Virus record (IMG/VR): IMGVR_UViG_3300042507_006854
Location: 1 to 64,000 of that record
From: a virus
Direction: 5' to 3' (one strand)
DNA: 64,000 bases
Shown here: piece after piece, positions 36,384-46,641 of the stretch
Position numbering within the stretch: position 1 is the first letter of the stretch
Layout: every line of letters starts with the position of its first letter
The notes under the pieces: model-generated
Seen by the model: only the letters and a program-made list of their open reading frames with translations
The model's database searches: none
What the model was told of the DNA's origin: nothing
Position numbers and translations under genes: made by a program

Positions 36384-39122
36384 ATGAGAGTAATTTCGGC
36401 AGAAAACGTACAAGGCAATTTTTTTGGAGGCGATCCTTTTAGCGCTAACTGGGATTTTGGTGGGGGAACATCTCCATCAAAATTAACCCTAAATGTTGTC
36501 AATGAACAAGGTAAATATGGTAATCCCAAAAGCGCTTTAGGCTATAATAAACCACAGTCTATTTCAATAGGAAAATTTACTTTTAATGGTTATTTAGTAT
36601 CTTACTCAATAAAAGAATCTCCCACACAGGGTAAAACTTTAGAACTTGTTTATGTTGATAAATTTGTAGATTTAGATAAATATACAATTGGTTTAAAAGG
36701 TAAATGGGGCGAATCCAGCTCTGGTCAATTAATTATAGTGGGCAAAAGATACCATCCTTGTGACATTGATTTAGATTCGACAGTTGAATATCAAGAGCAA
36801 AGAGGTCAATACGACCCTTGTGATCCATGCCCCGAAATGCCAAAATTAAAATATGAATTAGCATGCAGCCCCCTATTAGAACAATTCAATATTTTTGAGA
36901 CCTATTATACTTTTAATGAGTTAGTAGATGTTATACCTTTTGATGTAGATATACCAAACGCAAAACAGTATAAAGAATACAGGTCTAATCATACCGGACC
37001 TTTGACTTCTGTTTTAGGTAGTTGGTGTTCCGATCTTGGCCTTGCTTATTTCTGGGACCCGTTTGGTGAAAAATTGGTTTTTATTAGTAGAGATAAATCT
37101 TTATCAATTAAAGACCCCGGTATCGGAAATGATATCATTGACAAAGAAGAAGGAGCTACGATGGAGAATTCCTACTCAAGAGGTCTTGTCGGTTATATGG
37201 GCTTACAAGGTGGAATAAAAGACTATAGCTGTGTAAAAAGCACGGTTGAAAATCTTGCCTGTTTAAAACTTGGAGATTTAGCTGCAGATGGAACTTATAA
37301 TAGTTTCGGTGGTGGTGAAAATAGTACTAGTTCTGCTGGAGAAGCAGATGAAAAATATGCAAATCATGAAGCAAAAGAAATTGCTATAGCTCTGAGTTAT
37401 TATTCAAAAGACATGCGTGATGCATTTTTATGGTTTGATCATTATGGAATCTTAGGCCCAGATGATTTATTAAAACAATCCGCAGATCAGGGTTCGGGAG
37501 CGTCTGCCGGTAAAATAGATGATGCGGCTACTTTTAGTTTTTTTGGCAACATGCGTGTTGTAGCTGTTTATACCGAAGGGGATGAGGGGGATAATATATC
37601 TCCAGGATTTTCGAAAATAGATGGAGCGTTATCTTCTCAACAAAGAGCGACTTACAACTTACCACTTGGGAAAGATCAGAAAGGAGGGGCGCCTGATTCT
37701 CCAAATTATTATTTTTTTATTGCCCAAGTTAATGAAGAATTATATAGAAAAGAACAAGATTCAGAAGTAGAATTATCAAGAAATTTTTTGGGTAAATATT
37801 GGTATTCCGAATTTGATACTACAATACCTAATGCTACAAATAGAACAACAGAAGTCGATATTCAAGGGCCTGACGGGGCTGGGACATGGTATTATAAAGG
37901 ATCTCAGCTTAAAAATTTACCAATTTTTAATTTTGGGCATGAAGAAGGTTCTTTTATTTCTAAATTAGATGATGAATTACCAACCGCAGATAAAGATTAT
38001 TTAAATAAAATAAATAAATATATTGGAGATCCAAAAGAAAAAGAATTTTTTATTAAAGGTTTTCTTTTGTTAGACAGGGAATCCAAATGGGAACCAAGTT
38101 CAGAGCAATCTCAATGGTATGATAGTTTATTTGATTGGTATGCCGCTCAAATTCCTGTAAAATTAGATGACGGTAGACCAAAAGTTTTATTTGATGTTTA
38201 TCCCGAAGCTGTGAATGACGCTTCTATAAGATTATATATAGCTAGAAAAGGCAATGCTTCTGCATTTAAAGTAAGAAAAGTAATTAAAACTGGACACCCA
38301 AAAGAAAGTCGTGTTCAAAAATCTTTTACAGAAAGTTATCAATCAGCATTAGGTGAATTCGTTGTAGAAGAAATTTGCAAATGGGGTATTTCAGATAAAG
38401 CAAAATATGTTTCACTTGAAATGGGTAGTCCTGTAGCAATTAAAATTGCTACGCCTGTAGAGTCATTTCAACAAGTTCAAAGTGGATCCTTAAGACAAGA
38501 TCCTGAAAAGTTATTATATGATGTTACTGGTGAAGGGGCTAATGCAAAAATTAAAGTCCCCGCTCCTTTTGATAAAGGTTATGACGCAGTAGTAAAGGCT
38601 TCTTCTAAATTTAAAGCTTTCTTGCCGAAGTATGAAAAAACATATATTAAAGAACCTAAAAATGCACAACAGGTTAGTAATGTAAGTTATTTATATGCAC
38701 AAGTAAGTGAAGAAAATCTTAATTTTTGGTTCCGAAAAAATAAAGGAAATAAGGGGTCTTCTGGTCGTGATGATTGTATGCCTACAGATAAAAATTTTGA
38801 TACCTACATGGAGAAAGTTCATCAATTCACCAGTTATACAATGAACTCTCCTCAAGATAGGTATGCATTTAAAATGGCTGGACTTTTTCCAGTAAAGTAT
38901 GGAGTTTTAGATGGTTTAAGTAGTGTTTCAATTAATATTACAGATGATGGTGTTTTTACTAATTACGTTTTAGAAGATAAAATTATTCAACCCCCTTCTA
39001 TCAATGTTATAGAACAGTTTTTAAGAAATAATGCCACCCCCCAAAGAACAATAGGAGATGGTCGTTTACCAATAGATCCTTGGAAATTAAGAAAAATGAT
39101 GGGATCTGTGGCTAATGTTTAA
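36384..39122 (+). CDS. Putative baseplate hub/central tail protein
   Basis: Hub-like N-terminus (FNGYLVSYSI...LVYVD; WCSDLGLAYFWD) and C-terminal 'GLSSVSINITDDGVFTNY'. Confidence 0.5.
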   Translation: MRVISAENVQGNFFGGDPFSANWDFGGGTSPSKLTLNVVNEQGKYGNPKSALGYNKPQSISIGKFTFNGYLVSYSIKESPTQGKTLELVYVDKFVDLDKYTIGLKGKWGESSSGQLIIVGKRYHPCDIDLDSTVEYQEQRGQYDPCDPCPEMPKLKYELACSPLLEQFNIFETYYTFNELVDVIPFDVDIPNAKQYKEYRSNHTGPLTSVLGSWCSDLGLAYFWDPFGEKLVFISRDKSLSIKDPGIGNDIIDKEEGATMENSYSRGLVGYMGLQGGIKDYSCVKSTVENLACLKLGDLAADGTYNSFGGGENSTSSAGEADEKYANHEAKEIAIALSYYSKDMRDAFLWFDHYGILGPDDLLKQSADQGSGASAGKIDDAATFSFFGNMRVVAVYTEGDEGDNISPGFSKIDGALSSQQRATYNLPLGKDQKGGAPDSPNYYFFIAQVNEELYRKEQDSEVELSRNFLGKYWYSEFDTTIPNATNRTTEVDIQGPDGAGTWYYKGSQLKNLPIFNFGHEEGSFISKLDDELPTADKDYLNKINKYIGDPKEKEFFIKGFLLLDRESKWEPSSEQSQWYDSLFDWYAAQIPVKLDDGRPKVLFDVYPEAVNDASIRLYIARKGNASAFKVRKVIKTGHPKESRVQKSFTESYQSALGEFVVEEICKWGISDKAKYVSLEMGSPVAIKIATPVESFQQVQSGSLRQDPEKLLYDVTGEGANAKIKVPAPFDKGYDAVVKASSKFKAFLPKYEKTYIKEPKNAQQVSNVSYLYAQVSEENLNFWFRKNKGNKGSSGRDDCMPTDKNFDTYMEKVHQFTSYTMNSPQDRYAFKMAGLFPVKYGVLDGLSSVSINITDDGVFTNYVLEDKIIQPPSINVIEQFLRNNATPQRTIGDGRLPIDPWKLRKMMGSVANV

Positions 39123-39151
39123 TTTTAAATATTAATCTAATTTATAAATAA

Positions 39152-39162
39152 GTGTAATACAC
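39152..39162 (+). promoter_or_regulatory. GTGTAA element (palindromic GTGTAATACAC)
   Basis: 18 nt before the ATG at 39170. Confidence 0.6.
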
Positions 39163-39169
39163 TGTATTA

Positions 39170-42100
39170 ATGTTAATTTCAGGCACAAGGTTTCGGTCAA
39201 TATATCCTCAGTCTGTAGTAAATTGGAATTTTAATTTTCAACCTACTACTAGCACTGGCGTATTTGATTTTTCTTTTATTTCGAATAGTGGAGATGTTAA
39301 TATTTTTTCTATAAAAAATGGAAAAATTCTTACTACTGATGGTAAATTAGTTGGTGGTTATAGCCCTTATTCTGATATTAATTTATCGGGCAATGTTTCA
39401 AATGGTTTTATAGATCTATACGACACTAATGGGCCTTTATATCTAGGTTATAGAACAACTAATTATAATTATGTAACAGGTTTTAAATTAAATGCTTACG
39501 ATAATTTTATAGATTTTAAATCCTTAAATATTTTAGGAGATGTTCCTCAATATTTTTATGAGAATACTTTATCATACAAATCTGGAGATTTAATAAGAGT
39601 TAATATTTTTAATAGTGGCGAATTTGATTTTAAAATTTTTTCAGGTTCAATTAATACTAATGTTTTTTCACTAAGTGGCGCGAATAATTTAACGATACCT
39701 AAAAATAATAGTGGTAATTTTTATTTAGTCCATAATGGTGTTTTTATTGATTTTTTAAATACTAAAATAATTTTAGATACAGATTTTGGCACAAAAGAAC
39801 TGCCTCTTTTAATGTCTGGAATTAGAATTGAAGATCAATTATATTATATAACAATAGGCCCAGAAATTGTTGCTATTCAAAATGATTATTTTCAAGACTA
39901 TAATATAACTTTTAAAAATTCTTCTGGAGTTAAATTGTCTGTCGAATTAAAATATGTTAGTGGTATAACAGGAGATTATTATAAACCAGTTAGGCAAACC
40001 GGTTTGGCCTCTTTGACAAATGTCTCTGGTTTAATTTCTGGAAGTGGTTTTTTATATGGAAGATCTAGCGGTGTAATAACTAGATTTAATCCTTTGAGAG
40101 GGTTCAATGAATTTGGTACCGGATTTGGAGTGGCTAGAGATTTTAAAATAGCTGAAGATCAATATATTGAAAGATTTTTTATTATTTCTGGGTCAGGTAT
40201 TGGAGAGGTATATTTAAAAACAGGTATCCGTGTTACTGGTTATAGTACTGGTGTTGTCTATTCTGGTTATATAACTTATCTAGGTGGAAATTTAACTGGA
40301 TCTATTTCTAATGCGTTAGCGACTGGAGTAACCCCAGACAGTAGAAGAAATTGGACTGTAGTTAGTGGAGTTTTAGTTCCAACTACGTCAAATACAAATG
40401 TTGATAGTATCTGCCTTATTAGGCCCGAACTTTGTCCGACTTTATTCCCCCCAAACATTTTTGTCCAAACTATTACAGGTTTAGTTACTGGTAATTCAAC
40501 AGTATTTTATGATTATACTGGGCCTATTACGGGATATTATGAAGATAGAGATTTAAGAGTCGTCGATTTAGTAGCAAACAAAGTATATATAACTGGAGAT
40601 TTCGAAGATTATTATAACGTACTTGGTGTTGCATATGCTGTCGGCCCCAGAGTTTCTGGGAAATTTATTGGTGAATTGACTAATTTTGTCGAACCTGGTT
40701 TTTGGACAATATATAAAAGATGGTCTGGCGAATTAACAGGGGAAGGATTTGTAGAATGGACTGGCTCGGGTTTTGACCCTGTTAAAGTCGAAACAAGGCC
40801 TATTATTTTTACAGGTTATTGGTCAGGACAAATTGAGTCAGGATTTCTTGTAGACTTTTGTGATTTAATAGAAGAAAACCCTTTTCCGTGCGAATTTGTA
40901 GTAGAAGGAACTCCTGAATATGTTCAAACAATAGGAAATACTGGAATTTTTTATACCGAATTAAATGAAGTAAACGTGATTACTCAAAAAAATATTGGCT
41001 ATCAATATTTAGAATGGCCTAATGAAAATAGTGATTTTTTAATTAATTCTGGTAATATTAGTTTACATTTAGAACACCCGACAGGGGGGCGTACTAGAAT
41101 TTCTAGATTAGGGTCTACTCCATCTGGATCTGGAAAATTTGATAATCTTTTTCAATTTCCTTTCTATGAAGGAGTTAATACTCAGAAATTTGAGACGGGG
41201 GATGGGGGTGAATTATTATTAATTACAGGACAACCTGTTTTAAAATTCAATTTTAAGTTAGATTCGTCTGGAAATAAAATTCCAATTTATAGTGGTTATT
41301 TATGTGAATATGTAAGAACGGGAAATAATGAAATAGCAATTATTAATGGTTTTCCAGTTCCAATTCCTTTGTCATGCGAAACTAGTTCACAATGTATTGG
41401 TAACGGAGTTTGTTTTAGTGGTATCTGTTGGGAACATAAATTTGAGTTTGAAAGATATATATTTGATGTTTCTGGAAATCCCGTCCCAGACTTAAATAGA
41501 TACCAATGCAAACCCCAAACTGGTTCTACAGGCCAATTACTTTTAAATCCACTTTTAGATATTTCTGGCTCTATTTATGTAAAAGACGAAAAAGGTAAAT
41601 ATAATAAGGTTTATACTATTCCAGGATCAGAAAACAATATCGCTGTTCCTATGTATGAAATGATTCCTGATATGTTTGTAGCATCGAGTGGTTTTTTTGG
41701 ATGGAAAGAAAGTCTTCGAACTTTAACTGGTAGAATATATCCAGATGGTAGAGCTACATATATAACAGGTATTTCTGGCAAAGGTTTTATGGCCAATATT
41801 TGTGATAGTACTTATTTTCGTTTTAATATTACGGGCACCGGAAATGAAACAAATAGTATAGGAGCCTCTTTTTTTACTCCCGAAACTGGAAGATTATTAG
41901 TTTATAAATTATATAAGAGGGGTGACGGTAAACCAATTCAACAACAAAGTGGGGGTATGTATTTTTATACTGGTAAAAATTTGATTGTAAATTCTACTTT
42001 ACATACGGGAGATTATTATGGAACACTTGATTTCTTGCCAGTTCAATGTTTAAAAGAATATTCAAATTCATGTATTGGATTTAGTCATATAAGCTATACT

Positions 42101-43576
42101 GGTTGCGATAGTGATGGATTTATAGCTGGGACTATTTATAGAAATGGTTATGATGATTTTAGAATGAAATTAAGAGTAACAGCTTATTTTGTAGGCGACC
42201 AATTTCCATATATTTCACAAGAAGTTTTTGCTAGCGGTATCATGTGGGATATTATTTTAGGACCAAAACAAAATGAAGCGACTTTTAATTTTCCAATATA
42301 CAAAAATAATAAAATAGAAAATATTGTTTATGGAAAATTTCATTTAGGAATAGCAGAGATTGGTGAGTTTCCACCATGGTTAGTCGGCGTAAAACAAGAA
42401 GAGGTTGATTTTGTGTGGAGTGGTGGGCAAAATTGTCAATCAACAATTCAATCTAGAGGTGTAAACCCAGCAAATTCTGGTCTATATGCTCCATCATTAT
42501 CTTCACTTGGGCTAGACTTACAGGAAACACCATCTTCAAGACCTAATTTATCTAATTGGGGAAATACATGCCCCACTGGAGGTTGGGAGGAATGTTTTTG
42601 TGGGCTGAACACAACAATTTGTCCTGGTATCACATGCACTGGAAATTATATTCTGGACCCTATTTCTTGTAATTGTGTTCCTCCGATAGTTACTACTGGA
42701 TGTATAAGTATTACTGGGTGTACCGGAATTCCGCCAGTAGAAATTGAATGTTCTGGAGCGGCTTTAACAATTAGTGGTTACGTTTTTTATAGAGATAGAA
42801 TCACGACGCCATGTATTGTTCCAGGTCTTGGATCATTAACCCCTACATGTGCCGGTGGTCACTGGTGTAATAGAACTGATTTTATGCCAAGGTTAAGAAT
42901 TGGTAGTTCAACAATAATCAATGCGAATAAAGCCGTTACTCTTAATAATTTGAATGGTGGTGATAGAGACGATCAGTTTGAATTTTTTATACCTGATAGT
43001 ACAATTATTAGTGGTCAAAATGTCCGTTTTGAATTACAGTGTTTGGGAAATAATTGTCATAGAGGTGTTTCATATGTAGTTATGACTACAGCAATTTCTG
43101 GTAATGTTATAAAAATATTTGATAATTGTGTAGAGCCTGATCAAGTTGCCTCTTTACCATTTATATGTACATCTCCAGGGTGTGACGGGTTTAATGTGGA
43201 TACATTAAAAAATAATTTTAATAAGGTTTTACTAAATAGCATTGAGCCTTCTCCAGATACCCCGCCAGGCCCAGGGTTTACTAGACAACATGCTTGTATA
43301 CGTTGGTTATGCACATGTGTTTCTATAAATCAGAATGGACCCCCAACAATAATTTCTTCTAGGCAGTATGGTGGACCGACAACAAATAATTTAAATTTAT
43401 CTGGTATAATTTGGAATGTTGTTCCACCACCAACATCTGGCGGTTGTTACATATATGAATTTCATTTTTATGGTTGGCAAACCCGTTCTCCAAATTCTCA
43501 ATGGATATCTGATGATTCAAAATTTGATGTTTATGGTCTAATTGCTAGGGATAGACAAACTACAAGAATTAGATAA
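39170..43576 (+). CDS. Large [ST]G-rich, Cys-rich tail appendage protein
   Basis: 1468 aa, beta-rich, about 80 SG/TG dipeptides by manual count, Cys clusters and a GHWCNR domain in the C-terminal part. Confidence 0.55.
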   Translation: MLISGTRFRSIYPQSVVNWNFNFQPTTSTGVFDFSFISNSGDVNIFSIKNGKILTTDGKLVGGYSPYSDINLSGNVSNGFIDLYDTNGPLYLGYRTTNYNYVTGFKLNAYDNFIDFKSLNILGDVPQYFYENTLSYKSGDLIRVNIFNSGEFDFKIFSGSINTNVFSLSGANNLTIPKNNSGNFYLVHNGVFIDFLNTKIILDTDFGTKELPLLMSGIRIEDQLYYITIGPEIVAIQNDYFQDYNITFKNSSGVKLSVELKYVSGITGDYYKPVRQTGLASLTNVSGLISGSGFLYGRSSGVITRFNPLRGFNEFGTGFGVARDFKIAEDQYIERFFIISGSGIGEVYLKTGIRVTGYSTGVVYSGYITYLGGNLTGSISNALATGVTPDSRRNWTVVSGVLVPTTSNTNVDSICLIRPELCPTLFPPNIFVQTITGLVTGNSTVFYDYTGPITGYYEDRDLRVVDLVANKVYITGDFEDYYNVLGVAYAVGPRVSGKFIGELTNFVEPGFWTIYKRWSGELTGEGFVEWTGSGFDPVKVETRPIIFTGYWSGQIESGFLVDFCDLIEENPFPCEFVVEGTPEYVQTIGNTGIFYTELNEVNVITQKNIGYQYLEWPNENSDFLINSGNISLHLEHPTGGRTRISRLGSTPSGSGKFDNLFQFPFYEGVNTQKFETGDGGELLLITGQPVLKFNFKLDSSGNKIPIYSGYLCEYVRTGNNEIAIINGFPVPIPLSCETSSQCIGNGVCFSGICWEHKFEFERYIFDVSGNPVPDLNRYQCKPQTGSTGQLLLNPLLDISGSIYVKDEKGKYNKVYTIPGSENNIAVPMYEMIPDMFVASSGFFGWKESLRTLTGRIYPDGRATYITGISGKGFMANICDSTYFRFNITGTGNETNSIGASFFTPETGRLLVYKLYKRGDGKPIQQQSGGMYFYTGKNLIVNSTLHTGDYYGTLDFLPVQCLKEYSNSCIGFSHISYTGCDSDGFIAGTIYRNGYDDFRMKLRVTAYFVGDQFPYISQEVFASGIMWDIILGPKQNEATFNFPIYKNNKIENIVYGKFHLGIAEIGEFPPWLVGVKQEEVDFVWSGGQNCQSTIQSRGVNPANSGLYAPSLSSLGLDLQETPSSRPNLSNWGNTCPTGGWEECFCGLNTTICPGITCTGNYILDPISCNCVPPIVTTGCISITGCTGIPPVEIECSGAALTISGYVFYRDRITTPCIVPGLGSLTPTCAGGHWCNRTDFMPRLRIGSSTIINANKAVTLNNLNGGDRDDQFEFFIPDSTIISGQNVRFELQCLGNNCHRGVSYVVMTTAISGNVIKIFDNCVEPDQVASLPFICTSPGCDGFNVDTLKNNFNKVLLNSIEPSPDTPPGPGFTRQHACIRWLCTCVSINQNGPPTIISSRQYGGPTTNNLNLSGIIWNVVPPPTSGGCYIYEFHFYGWQTRSPNSQWISDDSKFDVYGLIARDRQTTRIR

Positions 43577-43602
43577 ATTTTTTATATAAAATATAATATA
43601 TT

Positions 43603-43887
43603 ATGGATTTAATATTATTCGTATTAGTGTCTTTAGGGGCTAGTTATGTTTGGTCTTATGGAGAAATATTTCTTCCTTTAAGAATTTTTATAGTCAAATA
43701 CTTGGGTAAATGGGGTAAGCCCTTTTTATGTGGCGAATGCTCTTCTTTCTGGGTCGGAGTTATCATATCAATATTTATAAACCCTTTATTCCAAATTACT
43801 TATTTAATTGTTTCCAATATTTTTTGTGGTTTAATTTCTTATTTATTATATAAATTTACGCATAAAATACTTTTTGAAAATGAATAA
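43603..43887 (+). CDS. Small multi-TM protein with CxxC (DUF1360-like)
   Basis: Three hydrophobic segments and the motif PLR...PFLCGECSSFWVG. Confidence 0.6.
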   Translation: MDLILFVLVSLGASYVWSYGEIFLPLRIFIVKYLGKWGKPFLCGECSSFWVGVIISIFINPLFQITYLIVSNIFCGLISYLLYKFTHKILFENE

Positions 43888-44404
43888 AGAACAGATATTA
43901 GCAAATTTAAATCAATACAAAAATCCACAATTTGGAAGTTATATCGTATTTATTTTTTTAAATTTATTAACAAATTTTAAAGATAAATTTTACACTGGTT
44001 CTGAAAATATTATTCCCGCGATTTATGTAGAAATGGTTACACTAAGTAATTCTCCAAATTGCTCGTGCCGTTCTAAAGTAATAAAATATATAAATAATAA
44101 TTTAGATCAAATTTTTGAATTTATGGTAAACTGGATTAATCGAACAGAAGAATCTATTTTAAGTGAATTTTTTGATTTCTTATTTAACGAAATAGATTCC
44201 CAAAATATAAAAGCCAGATATTTTCAACATTTGGATTTAAAAACAAAAAGAATGGCTGGTAATGTCCTTGTTATCGAAGACGATCCAGTAGAATATAGAA
44301 AAGTAATAGATTACTTGCAAAAAGAAAATTTTGAATATAAAGATTTTAATTTATTTAGTTTAACAGATGGTGATAAAAAATATTTAAAGTTTTATTTCTA
44401 TTAG
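43874..44404 (+). CDS. Hypothetical protein with PNCSCR motif
   Basis: Overlaps the CxxC membrane gene; carries a single CxC motif. Confidence 0.55.
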   Translation: MKMNKEQILANLNQYKNPQFGSYIVFIFLNLLTNFKDKFYTGSENIIPAIYVEMVTLSNSPNCSCRSKVIKYINNNLDQIFEFMVNWINRTEESILSEFFDFLFNEIDSQNIKARYFQHLDLKTKRMAGNVLVIEDDPVEYRKVIDYLQKENFEYKDFNLFSLTDGDKKYLKFYFY

Positions 44405-45192
44405 AATTTTCTTTGATTTATTAAAGCATTTTTACTTCTCATCGCGTGGACCAAAGTAGGTTTAATATTATATTTTTCACCCGTCATATAAGATTCGTAA
44501 CTCCATGTGGTATGTAATGGAATTATATTTTTAAAATTACCCGTCCAATCCGAAGCCCAATAATTAAAGTAATTTTCATGAAAATGAAAATTTACATTTT
44601 TACTCATATAATTTGTAATATAAGCCATCGGAATCTCTTCTGTAATTCGATAGTTATTTGACACAAAATAATTATAACAATTTATTCCTAGCTCACAAGC
44701 TTGTTTAATAAAACTTTTTTTACATATCCAATATCCAGCATTTACGTTTCTAATTTCTTTATTAAAAACACCAAGGTTTCTATACATTTGAGTTAAAGTT
44801 TGAACTGGAACTCCCCACCAATCTGGTCGTATAGTTTTTTCTGAATTAATTGGGCTTTCCAAAAAACAGTGCCAAGGATTACCTTCCCTCATTAAATCTA
44901 ATGGAGATATCTCAGGTTGTGCCACAAAATAACTATCGCTGTCTATAAAAACAAAATACTCGTAATCCATTTCTAATAATTTTATTAAATAAAAAAACTT
45001 AAACATATAATTTGCTAAACTGATTTCAATTTTTGAGTCTAGGGAACGGTTAATACAATTTTTTAAATCTTTATCTGAGAATACAATAAAATCATCTTGT
45101 ATTCCAACAGCTCTTGAAGAGTTTATCAAAGATTGAGCCATATATGCATAATCTCCCCAAGCAATTGTCCAATAACAAATTTTTTTATTCAT
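44401..45192 (-). CDS. Glycosyltransferase, GT-A fold
   Basis: N-terminal WTIAWGDY, KFFYL, DxD motif FVFIDSD, NAGYW, late His. Confidence 0.7.
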   Translation of the reverse strand: MNKKICYWTIAWGDYAYMAQSLINSSRAVGIQDDFIVFSDKDLKNCINRSLDSKIEISLANYMFKFFYLIKLLEMDYEYFVFIDSDSYFVAQPEISPLDLMREGNPWHCFLESPINSEKTIRPDWWGVPVQTLTQMYRNLGVFNKEIRNVNAGYWICKKSFIKQACELGINCYNYFVSNNYRITEEIPMAYITNYMSKNVNFHFHENYFNYWASDWTGNFKNIIPLHTTWSYESYMTGEKYNIKPTLVHAMRSKNALINQRKF

Positions 45193-46208
45193 ATACTTTT
45201 AAATATTTCTTCCCATAATTTAATATGTTCGTCTGAGTTACACCACAATTTGATTGATAAATTTCTTGCTTCTACTCCTATTTGTATACGATCCTTATAT
45301 GAAAGATCCATAAATTGGGCATATTCGCAAGCCTCTTCATATGTTTTCCAAATAAATCCAGTTTTATTATGATTTATTTGATTAACGAAATTAACTTTAT
45401 TAGGAGCGATAACTGGAAGTCCTGTCAACATTGCTTCAATTGTGGCTCGACATTGTGTCTCAGTAAATGTATAATGACTATTATAAACATAACAATCTAA
45501 AGATTTTAGAAAATCAATAACGTTTTCTTTTGTGGCGGGTAATAATGTCCATTTATCTTTATTAAAATTAAACCAAGAAAAATGTTCAACTATTTTTTTG
45601 TTTAAACCCATAACACGATACTTAGGATTTTTAATACCAAGACCTTCATAAAATAATGGAAAATTATCTGAAAATTTTAAAAAATCGGGCCGACTATGTT
45701 TACCAATTGTAAAAACATCTTTCTCCTCTCTTTGTATATAACGATAATTTTCCAAATGAAAATAATTAGGAATTATATATTCTTTCGATTTTTGTAATCT
45801 TATATCTTGATAGTGCTGATTACTAGTATAAATAGTCGCATCAATGAAATTATTATCAAAAGCCCATTTTTCTTCATTCGTTCTCCACATCATATCATTT
45901 GACCAAATAAATTTAAGACCCATTGATTTTATTTTTTTTATACGCCAATTTTCAGAAAATATTCTAAAATTACAAAATGAAATTCCAAAACCTTCTGTTT
46001 TTTCTGGAAGGTCTTCCCATCTTAAAATTTCTACATTATTTTTCTTTAAAAAAGAAATATTTTCAACTTCTTCTAATCTAAAATTGTCATTTGGAATACA
46101 AAATAATTTATATTTTTTATTCGTATTGAAACATTGTATTAATTCTTTTAATCTTGTATCTGCGCCCCCTAAATTAGATGGCCAAAGAAAAAAATACAAA
46201 TTTATCAT
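45189..46208 (-). CDS. Glycosyltransferase family 4 (GT-B)
   Basis: LGGADT N-terminal motif; ETQCRATIEAMLTGLPVIA (ExxxxxxxE signature); 'INHNKTGF'. Start placed at ATG 46208 with TATAAT just upstream. Confidence 0.85.
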   Translation of the reverse strand: MINLYFFLWPSNLGGADTRLKELIQCFNTNKKYKLFCIPNDNFRLEEVENISFLKKNNVEILRWEDLPEKTEGFGISFCNFRIFSENWRIKKIKSMGLKFIWSNDMMWRTNEEKWAFDNNFIDATIYTSNQHYQDIRLQKSKEYIIPNYFHLENYRYIQREEKDVFTIGKHSRPDFLKFSDNFPLFYEGLGIKNPKYRVMGLNKKIVEHFSWFNFNKDKWTLLPATKENVIDFLKSLDCYVYNSHYTFTETQCRATIEAMLTGLPVIAPNKVNFVNQINHNKTGFIWKTYEEACEYAQFMDLSYKDRIQIGVEARNLSIKLWCNSDEHIKLWEEIFKSI

Positions 46209-46251
46209 ATTTATATTATATTCTATAAATCTTGTTTTACATAATTTTTTA

Positions 46252-46257
46252 GTGTAA
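46252..46257 (+). promoter_or_regulatory. GTGTAA element restarting late transcription after GT island
   Basis: 18 nt before the ATG at 46270. Confidence 0.6.
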
Positions 46258-46269
46258 TTAGTTAAATAT

Positions 46270-46638
46270 ATGGCATGCGAACTTTCAGTTATTAGCAATC
46301 AAAATTTTTTATTTGGATCTACCAATTTAAATTGTCCAGATGTTCCTATTCCAATTTGCCCACCAGGAAACTATTCTATTGTCCCAGTTATTCAAAATGG
46401 TTGTATAATATCTTATAATTGTGTTTTAATTAGTAGCGCTATAGATAATTTTATCCCAGAATCTGTTGATGTTAGTGGTCGTGCCGGAACTTTATTTTTC
46501 CCAGACGCCGGATTAATAAACACTACTTGCCCAATAATATCTGAATTAAGCTCTTTTATACCAAATATATTAGAATCTAGTGGCCGAGCGGGAACCTTGT
46601 TTTTCCCAGACTTTGAAACTAAATTATGTGTAAATTAA
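46270..46638 (+). CDS. Small Cys-rich protein with duplicated SGRAGTLFFPD
   Basis: Sequence inspection. Confidence 0.55.
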   Translation: MACELSVISNQNFLFGSTNLNCPDVPIPICPPGNYSIVPVIQNGCIISYNCVLISSAIDNFIPESVDVSGRAGTLFFPDAGLINTTCPIISELSSFIPNILESSGRAGTLFFPDFETKLCVN

Positions 46639-46641
46639 GCT

